DNA of 64,000 nt from Lama guanicoe (Eukaryota): assembly GCA_013239625.1 (NCBI GenBank), contig MU054391.1, positions 5,167,824 through 5,231,823 of the forward strand. The letters run 5' to 3'. Every line of letters begins with the position of its first letter. Position 1 is the first letter of the stretch. Below are positions 12,960-23,710 of the stretch, in pieces. The notes beneath the pieces are model-generated. The model ran no database searches and was not told where the DNA came from. It worked only from the letters and a program-made list of their open reading frames with translations. A program made the position numbers and the translations under genes.

Positions 12960-14660
12960 CTGAAACACCCTCTAAGCCAGCACTGGTCCTGAGCATGAGG
13001 GATGCAGACTTGAGTAAGAGGAGGCCTTATGCTTAAGGAATTTACAGCCTGGCAGGGAGGCGTGCGAAGTAACCAAAAAGAACGATGTGCTACAGGTGCG
13101 ATGAGGGGGGAGAGCAGGGGAGGGGCAGGAGGCAATGCCTGCTGGGAGGCCCTGATTGACAAGGCGGCCAAATCCCCAGAAACCCAAGGGGATTCTCCCA
13201 CCACGCCTTTGCGGAGTGAGGATGATACACATTTCCCACAAGTAGCCAGTGGAAAGGGACAAAGACCCCCAAAGCGTGCCCTGGAACTCCTTCTTGGGAA
13301 AGCAAGACCTCGGTGACGGTGGGCTTCTGCTCTGTAGACACAGGAGAGGCTGGGGGAGCCCAGCACGCAGGACAGAGGTTGAGCAGGACCGCTGGCTGGC
13401 TGGCTGTCTTCTCTCAGAGCTTCCTCTGAAGCCCCAGCCTCACTGCAGAAACACTGCAGAGGCTGGAGAGACAGCTCCTAGAAGGGCCCCAGCCAGGACA
13501 TCCACGGCTTCAGGCAGAAGTGTGTACTCACCCAGGGCACATGTCACACATACAACAGAGGCCTGAAAAGGAATGGCAATGACCAGAACGGATGGGACAG
13601 ACCTTTAAAAGCTGCATTAAGGAGGTACAGGATTTAGCTGAATATTGCAACATACCAGCTTGCCAGGCCAAACGAGTGTGGAGGGGATTTCAGGCAGAGG
13701 AAATCGTTTGATTAAAGGCAAGCAGTTAAAAGACAAAAAAAGGTATCGGGAGAACCTGAAGTAAACTGGTTGTGCTGGAACTTCAGACAGCAGACCAGGA
13801 CTGAACTGCCAGCCCAACCACTTCCACAGACACGGGGGCTTCTGGCAATTTCCTGCTCCTGCGGGGAGAGAGAGTGGGCGGGGTGACGAAAATGGCGGAG
13901 GTTCCCAGAGGGAACCAGGCAGTAGGAATCAGTGAGCAGGCCTCACAGTCAGGAAGGACCCCGAAGTTAGACTTCTGACATTTCCTACACAGAGGTTATA
14001 CGCATGGTCACTAGAGATACAGTGACAGGACTGGAGGCATGTGTGTCATTCAACTAAAAACTTAGGGCCAACTGCCTAGTTGCACCATAAAGTTTATTTT
14101 TTCCCAAATATTGTGACTATGTTGTCAATAGCACCATTACACTGCATTATATTTTGGAGATTACATGGTAATTGGTTACATGCAAACATTTAAAAAATGC
14201 ATTACACTTTTATAGCCTTTTCATAATATGGAGAACACTAAAAAATGTGGCCAGGTAGCTCTCTACCTCTGATGGTGGGGGAAGGGGGTTAAGAATGAGC
14301 CTGGTGAAAAATGCATGTTCCCTGGTCCTCACTCAGTGGGTCTGGGTTGAGCCTGGGAATATATATCTATATCTATATCTATATCTATATATATTTTTTA
14401 GTAACAATCCCACATGAATTTTGATTCTAGTGGTCTCAGAGCCACACTTTAGAAAGCACTGCAACAGGAGGCTGTGAAGTTTTAGACAAGAAGTGGCCAG
14501 TCAGCATCGCCTGTCTCAGTTTCCCACTGGATTTTGCTATCCCTATTGCAGAAGTCTGATTATAATGGTTGTAAGAGTGAATAGAAATTAAGAAAATGGA
14601 AAAAGCAAGACTGAAGTATTCTTTCAAAATGGGTGACTGAGAAGAAAAGAGACAGAATGA
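12960..14660 (-). mobile_element. Fragmented L2 (pieces at about 12960-13060, 13600-13800, 14470-14660)
   Basis: L2-tail-like motifs, e.g. CTTAAGGAATTTACAGCCTGG, TTTCAGGCAGAGGAAA and GAAGTCTGATTATAATGG. Confidence 0.5.
14290..14462. mobile_element. MER5-like MITE containing a (TATATC)n tract
   Basis: AAAAATGCATGTTCCCTGGTCC...GAGCCTGGGAAT...CCACACTTTAGAAAGCACTG. Confidence 0.6.
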
Positions 14661-14759
14661 GGATGTGCATAAAGAGCCTGACAAAAAGGTTTTTATCTGT
14701 ATTCATCACATAGAGAAGTGAGTAACTCTGTAAAGTACGTGTTAGTGACCGTAATGTCC

Positions 14760-15160
14760 TGGGTAGGATTTAAATGCCCTCCAGATCCACTCCCCACTTT
14801 ACTCTGTGTCCCCAAAGCGCCACCCAGCCCTGTGAAGGAGACACCAGCGGGACACAGAGGGCGGGAGGCGGGGGCATTCATCCCCCCTCCCCCACCCCCA
14901 AGTCCACCGCAGGCTGGCCTGGTCCCTCACTGGGGGCCACGGCTGCCCCCTGGCAGGCAGCCCCCAAGCTCCCCCATGGGGTTCCGGTCCCTCTTCAAGC
15001 TCTTCCCTCCTCTCGTCCGTCCAGGCCTAGAGGAGCTGCACTGGGAGACCACCCTATTCCTTGCGGATTTCCCTACACCTGCCCATATTTTAGTAAATGG
15101 TTCTTAAAGTCTCCCTGGTTACCTAGTTCAGTCTGTCTCCTACCAAAACCCTGATGGACA
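14760..15160 (+). mobile_element. LTR33-like ERVL solo LTR
   Basis: CCAGATCCACTCCCCAC...CACCAGCGGGACACAGAGGGCGGGAGG...CTGCCCATATTTTAGTAAATGG...CCCTGATGGACA matches my recollection of LTR33. Confidence 0.7.
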
Positions 15161-15543
15161 CATGCAACATTAAGCAGAATATAAATGCCAGAACAGTGCC
15201 AAATTCAAAAAGCTTTTGTGGTTCAAATAAGACAGCAGTCATATCAGATGGGATTCAGGGAAAGATTCACATGCAAGATGCATTGGATGCGGGCTTGGAA
15301 GAACAGTTACAATTCTGACAAGAAAGGAGGGGGCACATCACTACCGCCTGCTCAGCTCTCCTGAATGTCTCTTCACACGTCAGCCATCTCCCCTTTTCCA
15401 CACCCTACACACTAACCAAAGCAGGACTTCAGGCTTCACCCATGGTGTTTGTAAAATCATTACATGATGACTCTTCTGAGAGCCCTGTTTATGGCTTGTT
15501 CTACTTTTAAAAAATCTTACCAAGTTCTATCATCGCAGGATCC

Positions 15544-16053
15544 TGTTGTGGGCACAACAAGGGGGCTGGTTGGTGACATGGTGACGCATGAGTTGGTAAA
15601 GAATTTACCAGAGATTAAGCATGGGAGTAGAAAGGGGTTTATTAGGGTACACTGCCACAGAAAACAGAGGGCCACACAGACGAGGGGTGCCTGTGCGAGC
15701 ACCAAGGGCTGGTTGTTGGGGTGTTATATAAAGTTGGGTCACAAGGTGCCTGATCGGCTTGTGCACAAGTCTGATTGGTTGTGGGTGAGGTAAGAGGTTT
15801 AGGGTCCTGAAAGGTGGGTGGGGTTTGACTCTGATAAGGCAGACATTATCTGGGGCTACTAGTTTGTTAGGGGAAATACGCCCAGTAAAGAATGTACTTC
15901 ATCACAGAGCCCAGACATGGGGGTTGTTGGACTTTGAAGGACGTCAGTTGGCCCAACAAATCCCACCTGTTAAATTGACTGCAGGTAGAAGCTGTGTGTG
16001 AGCCATTTTGATTATTTCCCTGGAAAGCCAGCCCTGATGGGCCCCAATAAACA
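15544..16053 (-). mobile_element. ERV solo LTR (probably ERV1-class; family undetermined)
   Basis: TG...CA ends. The minus strand carries CCAAT (15778-15774), TATATAA (15730-15724) and AATAAA (15643-15638) in U3-R order. Confidence 0.7.
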
Positions 16054-16369
16054 CAGACTAGGTTTATTTGTACTCACCCAGGCATAAGGAAGCATTTTTA
16101 AAGCAGGAGACAGAGAACTCTTGAGCAGTAGGAAGCAGAAAAACCACTTTTGACTCCAAATTCAAAACAAGATTTTAATCCTACTTTAATCGCTGTGAGA
16201 GGGGTATGACAGACCCTGAGCCTGATGGCTCCTTTCCTAAAAAGGAAGTCCTGGAGATTTAAAATGGAATACATATGAACAGATGTTAACTTTCCAAAAG
16301 AAAAATATAAGACAAACTCCACATATTTCGGAATGTGTGAAGGGGAAAGGAATGTGCAGCAAATATTAG

Positions 16370-16560
16370 CTGGAGCCAGGCACTTTACATAGATTATGTA
16401 TTTTGATCTTTACAATGGTCTACAAAGAGATACCACTCATTATCTTTATTTTACAGATGAGGAAACTGGGGCTTAAATATATATACATAGTAATTTGCCA
16501 ACGAGCACAAGGCTGGCAGAATCTGGTTCCAAACCAACCACACCGTTTCCCCTCCACCAG
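16370..16560 (-). mobile_element. MIR
   Basis: ATTATCTTTATTTTACAGATGAGGAAACTGGGGCTTA core. Confidence 0.75.
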
Positions 16561-19142
16561 CGCCCTACAACTTTCAATGGGTGAAAGGAAGTGGCCCAGG
16601 GAAACCGCCAGGGGCTGCAATTCAGGGCCCGGGTGGTCCTCTGCCTTGCTGCTGCCTCAGGGTAACCAGAGAGGCAGTTTCAACTTACTGCTGAAAAGTT
16701 CCAAATTTATTAGTCCACTTGCCTCCCCTGAGTTCTTATTTCTATTCCCTCCAACTCAGTCCAAAAAGAATTTGGGACAGCTTGATGAAACAAACACAGA
16801 ATCAGGGAATTTTAAAACTTAAGTGCAACACACATTTTACACAGGAGGAAACTCATTTATGTAAAGTGACAGACCTAAAATTAGTTAACTGACAGGGCCT
16901 AAAATACAGATGCAAGATTCTCAGGCCCATATGCCTTCCTTGTTGAGAGGAATCTTCCACAGCAGATTGCCTCGGTACGGCAGGGCTCTTGTGAAGAAGA
17001 CTGAGGCTCATTATGGGTGTAAAAGTAGACAGGAGAGACAAATGAGTTAAATATTTATGTCCTAAACCTAAAGCATTCAAATGACAACTTTAGAATAAAT
17101 CTTTGATTTGCTTGTTTTGTTGCCATTCACCTTCTTCTCCTAAAAGTCATAATCTTAAAAGGCTCAAAATTGAGAACGTCATTTATTTCTTCATCTATAA
17201 AATGGGGTTTATCCCAGTAGAGCTGTAGGAGGATTGAAAGCCATAAACGTTTTAAACCACTCTTTTCCCATTATTTCAGCGGGGGATGGGGAAGTGTTAC
17301 AAGTAGCAATCAGCAAAATGACCAAAAAGAAGGAAAGCAGAGTTTCATAAGCCTCCGTGCTCCTTTCTCTCTCGCGTCCACACGGGGGTCTCCCTGTCCC
17401 ACCCACCCCCACCAGCACTCCAGTGTTGAGAAGCTCCCCTTCTCCACCCTGTCCTCCAAAAATACACTGGCACCCCAGATCTAAAACCACCACCCTCCAA
17501 AATTATTTGCCACAAGTTAAGATTATAAATTAAAACTGACCTTTAACTCAAATGCTTAACACCACACTTGTGTATCTACCTAAAGCTAAAATACTTCAGG
17601 CCTTGAATTTTATCTGACTTCATAAGGTGTTGCGAGGAGTCAGGGAAATCATATAACGCACGTGAAAGAGATCCGTAAACTGCCTGGTATTATCCATTCA
17701 TAATGATGACCTGACTTTGCAGGGTTGGTAACATACGAACAGCTGGTCCTTCTTTCTCCCTCCTCCAAACCCTTCCAAATACCTTGAGTCTCCCACTTGT
17801 CCCTCCCCTCACCCCAAAAGTTCAGCACATCAGCTCTAAAACAAGGACCCTGTCCCCAAACAGGACTGTGTGATGAGGCCAGTCTCATCCCTAACTGGCT
17901 GTCTGCCAAGTACGCCATCCTGGACATCACATCACCAGAGAAATTTACTCCCGTTTTATAGTAATTACAGCATCATGGGAAATAAGGAAAGAAAAATGGT
18001 TAAAAAGGAAAGGAAAGGAAGGAAGGAAAAATAAAGGGAAGAAGGAAGAGGAGGGCTAGTTATCAGACCCCTCAGTCTAAGAGCTCAGAGGGTTAGGTAA
18101 GTCAAACGCAGCACAACATACAATGTTGAGGTTAAAAAAACAAACAAAAAACCTCTAAATAAATTTTAAAAATTGATTGATCTGGGACATATAATTATTC
18201 TCTCTTGTCTGGTACTCACATTGGGGTCTTTTAAAAATTCACCACATCAGCAACTAACAAAGAATACAATTATGTTCAGTGGCATCTGACGTCTTCACAG
18301 TGGCACGTTTGGCCCCTGCCTTTGGCACAGCTCTCCCTCAACCCAAATCCTCCCTTTAATGACAACCACCCAGAAATAAAGTCGTCCGGAAGGCAAGGCC
18401 TAGAGAGGGGAAACATCATATGCTAAATTCGTCCCATCTTAAAGCATCATTTAACCTCACTCAATAGGCGATTCTGTATTTTTATTTAAATGTAAGGCCT
18501 ACTTAACAAATACTATGGTTATCTCAAGGTCTTTCTGGAATTCTCAGGAAGGATGAAAGAATCCTGGAGTCTAAGGCAAGCAAGATCCTTTGCTACTTTT
18601 CCTTGCCTGGCCTTACTGCAAAATATTTCCTCCTTTCTCCCCTACTAGACCCTGCAGTGTACATTCTGATACTCCATACATACCAATCATGTCATCGTTT
18701 CATAAATTCTACACTCGCTCTTGTAAAAAAGTTAAACTATTTTCTGGCCCTAAGGTCCCTTTTCTCCCTCTGACATCATACAACTGCTTTTATAATTTCC
18801 TAAATTTTCTAAACATTGTTAATCAGCACATACCAAATTCACAAACTAACAAGTTATATTTTTACACTTTTCATTTCCCGATTTGTCTTTTTCCTGTTGA
18901 ATCACACTATTTGATTACAATTAACCCTTAGGTTTTCTCTCGACTTGGGCTCAATCAATTTACATGTTACCAAAATTATTTTCTGTTTTGCTCAACTTCA
19001 AAATAATGGCTCAATAACCATTTATTCAACCAATTTTACTAGATGAGTTTTTAGTTACTCTAAGAGCTTTATCAGCAGAGAAGTCAATTCTTAGGTGCTT
19101 CAAAGAAATAGTTCATTAAAAAGTTAAGGCTTGAGTGGTATT

Positions 19143-19281
19143 TTTTATATATATACTCTTTTTATTGAAGTATAGTCAGTTTACAATGTTATGTCAATTT
19201 CTGGTGTACAGCACAATGCTTCAGTCATACATGAACATACACACATTCAATTCCATATTGTTTTTCATTATAAGTTCATTA
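19143..19281 (-). mobile_element. Short young L1 3' end with 18-bp TSD
   Basis: TTATTGAAGTATAGTCAGTTTACAATGTTATGTCAATTTCTGGTGTACAGC; TSD TAAGGCTTG(A/T)GTGGTATT at 19125-19142 and 19282-19299. Confidence 0.88.
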
Positions 19282-21256
19282 TAAGGCTTGTGTGGTATTA
19301 ATCCATCATTATTAACACTTGCTTAGAGAAAACAACCCGAAGTACAAATAGCTGTGCAAACTCAGAGTGCTCCCAAGGGAACGAAGGTGTCCAAGGCACC
19401 AAATCAAATCCTGTAGATAATAAAGGAGGAAAGTCAAAAGCTTAAGCCCTGTCCCCTCCCGTGATTCCCCTCTTACGTCAGCACCGAAAAGAACTTGCTC
19501 TGGATTGCTGAGATTTTTTTAGTGAGTTCATTAACATCACTTTTAAAGTATAAGTATAACATCAATTAAAAGGTATTAGTAAAGAAAATATTTCATCATG
19601 ACTGGGAGAGAGACAAAAAGGGAGAGAGAACATATTCCTGCTCCCTAAGATAAGTGAAAAGTTACAGGCCTACCTCCCTTGCTCTCAGCAGCAAAGCACT
19701 TTTTAAACAGACACCTACCCTGCATTAGCCGACACCCTGGCAGCAGCCTACTTAAGTCAAGGAGGGTTGAAATACACTAAAAGGTCACACACTGTGCTTC
19801 ACTTCAGAAAAGTGAGAATCCTCCACAGGGCTGAGAAGATGAAAAAACCCGAAGTTCTGATCAGTTTATTAATAAACAGAGAAGACTACTTTCTTACCGT
19901 GTAAGATTAATTTCACTACTGGCACTTGAATCTATTCACATGATACACATTGTAACTGTTGTTCAAGATGTGTCAGGTTTAGGTATTTTACTAAGAATCA
20001 ACAGTTAAGACAGAAACATAAGTAAAGAATGCAGATTTGAACAGGAGGCAGGATATTTTTTATACTCATTGGACATACTTCAGTCTTCTTTTTTTTAAAC
20101 GGTGAAGCACAAAACAGTCAGTGTCACAATGTTAGGCACTGGAGTCCTTTCCCATCTTGCTTCTATGAAACAGAGTCTGGACACAGAGGAATCCTGTATT
20201 ATAAATGAAATCCCCGATGACAGCAATGACAGCAACACATTCAAGACAAGGACAGTGAACCAGGATCCCCTGTAAAGTCAAACACTTCTAGAGCAAGTCC
20301 ACTTGAAAAAATTTGGAGCAAAATTTTCAGTGAACTACCTCTAGCCTAGGGCTACAGCAATTACCTAGCCCCACCAGCAACTACCCTAAATGTCACTCTG
20401 ACACAGTACTCCCAAACTTTCTTTTCTGAATAAAAATGGCGCTGCTTTTCCCATCACAATGCTGTTTATTTCTCAATAATCCTTAGGCCTTTTCATACAA
20501 ATTCAAAGTGAGGACTTAAATGACACTCTTCCTAACACAGTGTCAGATGCTTCTTTGGGTGCGGTGACCGGGGTGGGGTGGTTTCTCCTATCTACAAGGT
20601 TGCCACTTTCTCCACTAGAAACCCTGGGATCATTAACTCACTTTGACTTTTCTCCGTAACCTCTGCCTTCCTCCAAACTGTTGCCTCTCTCTAAAATAAG
20701 CCACACTTCAACGCAAACTGTCCCAAAGAGCCGATCGACCGCTGACCCCTGAGCTGGCATCCTCCACGCGACACACGCCGTGTCTAGCGCACTCTCCACT
20801 TAGACACATCCATCCTTTCCCGGAGGAGCAACGGGTGTCAGGCGTGCAGGGCACAGACACTTGGCTCCGCCAAAGCACAGCCTTTCCACGCACTGTCTAC
20901 ACCCGTGCCCGCACGCACTGGAAGAGGCTTGGGGACTCGGATCGCCCACTGACCGGCGCACGCACGCCCCGAGTCCCGCGCTGCTGTGGCGGGGAGCAGG
21001 GCCAAGCATGCACGCGCGCACGTCGGTGCCCGGAGCCCCCCCGGGTTGCACGGGCAGGGCAGGGTGGGGGCTGGGTAGGCAGCTGGGGAGGGGCACCCGA
21101 CGCGAGGCGGCGGGCGGACAACAACAGGCGGGTCGCCGCGTCCCTTCTGGGGACCCCCGCCCCAATGCGCGCCCCGGGTCCCCGCTCCCGCGAGGATGGC
21201 ACACGGCCGCGGAGGGGGCGGCGAGGGCGCGATGCCAGCGGGGCCGTCTCGGGTAC

Positions 21257-21331
21257 CTGGTCGATGGGCAGCTGCACGGCATTGCTGAGGGGCTGCAGCA
21301 GGGTGGAGCCCGTGGTGCTAGTGGTGGCCAT
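21257..21331 (-). CDS. MBOAT2: MBOAT2 (membrane-bound O-acyltransferase domain-containing 2 / LPLAT) first coding exon, 75 nt, phase-0 donor
   Basis: The minus strand reads GGCCGGCC-ATG-G (strong Kozak context), then MATTSTTGSTLLQPLSNAVQLPIDQ, which I recognise as the mammalian MBOAT2 N-terminus. It is followed directly by a CAG|GTACCC splice donor and lies inside a CpG island. Confidence 0.95.
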
Positions 21332-21526
21332 GGCCGGCCTGGCGCTGTACCCGCCGCGCTCCGGCCGCCCGCGCCGCTCGCCCGCGCCTGAGCCGGGCGA
21401 CGCCGAGGATAGGGATGCAGCCGGCGCGCCTGCCCCCTGGCCGCCCGCGGTCGGAGCGCGCGGGGCGGGGCTGGGGAGGGGCCGGGGGCGGGGACCCGTT
21501 CGGCCCTCCCTCCGCGCCCGCGCCCC

Positions 21527-21564
21527 NNNNNNNNNNNNNNNNNNNNNNNNNNNNNNNNNNNNNN
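21527..21564. other. Assembly gap (38 N)
   Basis: Run of n characters in the most GC-rich part of the island. Confidence 1.
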
Positions 21565-21638
21565 GCCCCCTGACTTCCAGCAGCTTCCAGCCGCCCCCTC
21601 CCCACCTTGCGCGCCCTCGCGCCAGACAGTCCCGCGGC

Positions 21639-21675
21639 CCAATCGCGGCGCGGCGCCCCGACGCCGACAGCCAAT
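21639..21675 (+). promoter_or_regulatory. Tandem CCAAT (NF-Y) boxes
   Basis: GCCCAATCG (CCAAT 21639-21643) and AGCCAATCAG (CCAAT 21671-21675), 32 bp apart and just upstream of MBOAT2 exon 1. Confidence 0.7.
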
Positions 21676-22519
21676 CAGAGGACGCCGGCCGCGCCGCGCC
21701 CCGCCCCCATCCCAGGCCCGGGCGGAGGGCCGAGGGGTTGTTTGGCTGCGGCGGGTGGACGGCTCGCAAGCATCGCTGTCGGTTCAGGTTGCCCGGGTAT
21801 TCTCGTCCTCGTCCCTTTATTCCTCCTCCTGTGCCCGAGGTCTGGGGCCAGCCCACCCCTCTCTAGGAGGAACGGTGGACAACAAAGGGGAACGGGGTGG
21901 CTGCCAGACAAAGGGGCGACGTGCGGGGCGCCGTCGAGCCAGCGCTGGGGGAAGTTGGGAACACAGCCGGGGCCTGGGAGGAGGGCAACAATCCAAAAAA
22001 GTGACCTGGATAAGAGCCCCTTTGTCTTAAGTATTGCTGTGAAAAAGCCTAAAGTTGGCCAGTTCCGGTTATGTGTGATTTTCGGTCACCCTCAAGCCCA
22101 GCTGGGCCTTCGCGGGTGAGGCTGGTCCGGTTCGACGCCGCGATTAAGCCCAGCCCCAGGGTGGGAGCCATGCTCACCTGTACCTGCGGCATCCGCGTCG
22201 AGGGCCCGCCTTCCTTCCTCCCCCATCCCCCCTCGAATGCTGTTTCTCAGCATCGCTTCACCCCTGAATCGCCTGCCCCCCCAGACTTTTCAGTTGTGCT
22301 GTTCCCACAGATACTCAGTGTGTGGTGGTTTGTGTGTTATGTTGTATATCTATTTGCCCAAACTTAAAAATAAATCATTTGAGTTCCTCGAAAAACAAGT
22401 GTCGACTTTGTTTAGAAGCTTTCAAACAGGAATGCGGTCGTATCAGGAGAGCTCAAAATTCAAAGATTTAGGAGTGAAATTTTTGGTAGAAATAACCATT
22501 AGTTAATGAGAATTCAGCC

Positions 22520-22720
22520 ACATGCTTTAATGCTTTAAATGCTGCTTTGAAAGTGTAAACTCAATCCCCACAACAACCACGTGGGGTAGGTACTACAACC
22601 TTTAACCAAAGAAAATGAGTTACAGAGAAGTAACTTGCCTGAGAGCACAGCTAAAAAAGAGCGGAGACAGGATTGAGACCCAAGATGTGTGCCTTCAGAG
22701 GTCACCTCTTAAACACTAGG
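22520..22720 (-). mobile_element. MIR
   Basis: AATCCCCACAACAACCACGTGGGGTAGGTACTA...AAGTAACTTGCCTGAG...CTCTTAAACACTA. Confidence 0.7.
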
Positions 22721-23454
22721 CCCTCTTCTTTCTCATACTTAAACCCAGTCCAGAAATTTTCATCAGCTGTCTGGTGTCCCATTTACTTACTATTTGGATG
22801 ATGAGAGGGACAGATACGAATACATGAGCTTCAGTAAATCATTCTCCTGGACCTTAGTTGTCTCTCTGTAAAGGAAGAAATTGAAGTAATTGATCCAGTC
22901 CCTCCCTGCCTAACATTCTCTGTTGGGTTAACTTAATCCTAACAACCAAGCTGACTAAGGGATAGAAGGAAGAATCAGAAAGCCAGGACCTTCACTCTCC
23001 ATCGGATAGTGATCCGGGGGAGTTGTAATCAATTCAAGACCAGCCTGTTCAATGACTCCTCAGGAAAACATATTATCTCAATAATCTGGAGCCTTCTATT
23101 AATGTAATCTCAGAAAATCGTTTTTTTCCCCCTTTCCTCCACTTTGGGGAATTGTAGAGAAAGCATACAGGTGCCTGAGCATACAAACTGAAGGAAAAAA
23201 ATGTAAATGCCATTTTGAAAACTTGAAAGTTGTGTGTTGGGAACATACTGTAACCTAAAGTAGCATAAAGCTACAATGTCAGGTCTAGAACAAGTAACAT
23301 CTACAAAAAGGAGTTTCCTTAGGCTGAATTTTTATTTTAGTAGGACTTGACAGAGTTCTCTACTTGGGGTAACTACAAAAAATTAATATCTGCAATGAGG
23401 AGGCTTTCAGCCACCTGGAAAGTTAGCTGTGTCAGAGTTGTGAAGCAATAGGTA

Positions 23455-23710
23455 AAATATAGTGTAGTATTAATGATAACTTAGATTTTGGAGTCACACA
23501 GACCTGGGTTTTCAGCTGCTACCTTTCATTAGCTGCAAGATCTTGGGCAAATTGCTAAACCTTTCTAAGCCTCGGGTTCCTCATGTGTAAAATGAGCATC
23601 ACAATGGGGCCAAGTCTGTAAGCTAGGAGGTCATGAAAGCTTCCCTAAGTGAAGAGCTCAAAACTGTGTGTGGTGCATGGTAAGGCTTAAGAAACATTAA
23701 TTACCATCAA
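23455..23710 (+). mobile_element. MIR, near full length
   Basis: TTTGGAGTCACACAGACCTGGGTT...CTTGGGCAAATTGCTAAACCTTTCTAAGCCTCGGGTTCCTCATGTGTAAAATG. Confidence 0.8.

Larger units (their letters stand above)
1..21256 (-). other. MBOAT2: MBOAT2 intron 1 (partial; continues beyond window start)
   Basis: GT donor at 21256-21255. The expected exon-2 peptide (VNFVVCQLFALL...) does not appear in the ORF track or on inspection. Confidence 0.8.
20730..22270. promoter_or_regulatory. MBOAT2: CpG island / MBOAT2 promoter and 5' UTR
   Basis: Abrupt rise in GC content and CpG density around exon 1, with multiple GC boxes (GGGGCGGGG at 21462 and 21485; GGGCGGAG at 21721). No TATA box is visible. Confidence 0.92.

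Noticed and set aside
12945..12975. Possible recursive splice site TTTCAG|GTAAGC on the MBOAT2 strand
   Set aside because: The polypyrimidine tract is very short (AGAGGGTGTTTCAG) and the site lies at a MIR/L2 junction. Such motifs occur by chance.
21332..21526. In-frame open 5' leader suggesting an N-terminal extension of MBOAT2
   Set aside because: There is no upstream ATG in the visible leader, the ATG at 21331 has a strong Kozak context, and an open frame is expected at this GC content.
20800..22119. Long overlapping ORFs (280, 343, 319, 176 and 170 aa) across the CpG island
   Set aside because: These are GC-rich, stop-poor, low-complexity R/G/P/A frames, several read through an N gap. 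Only the 25-codon MBOAT2 segment ending at a splice donor is recognisable.
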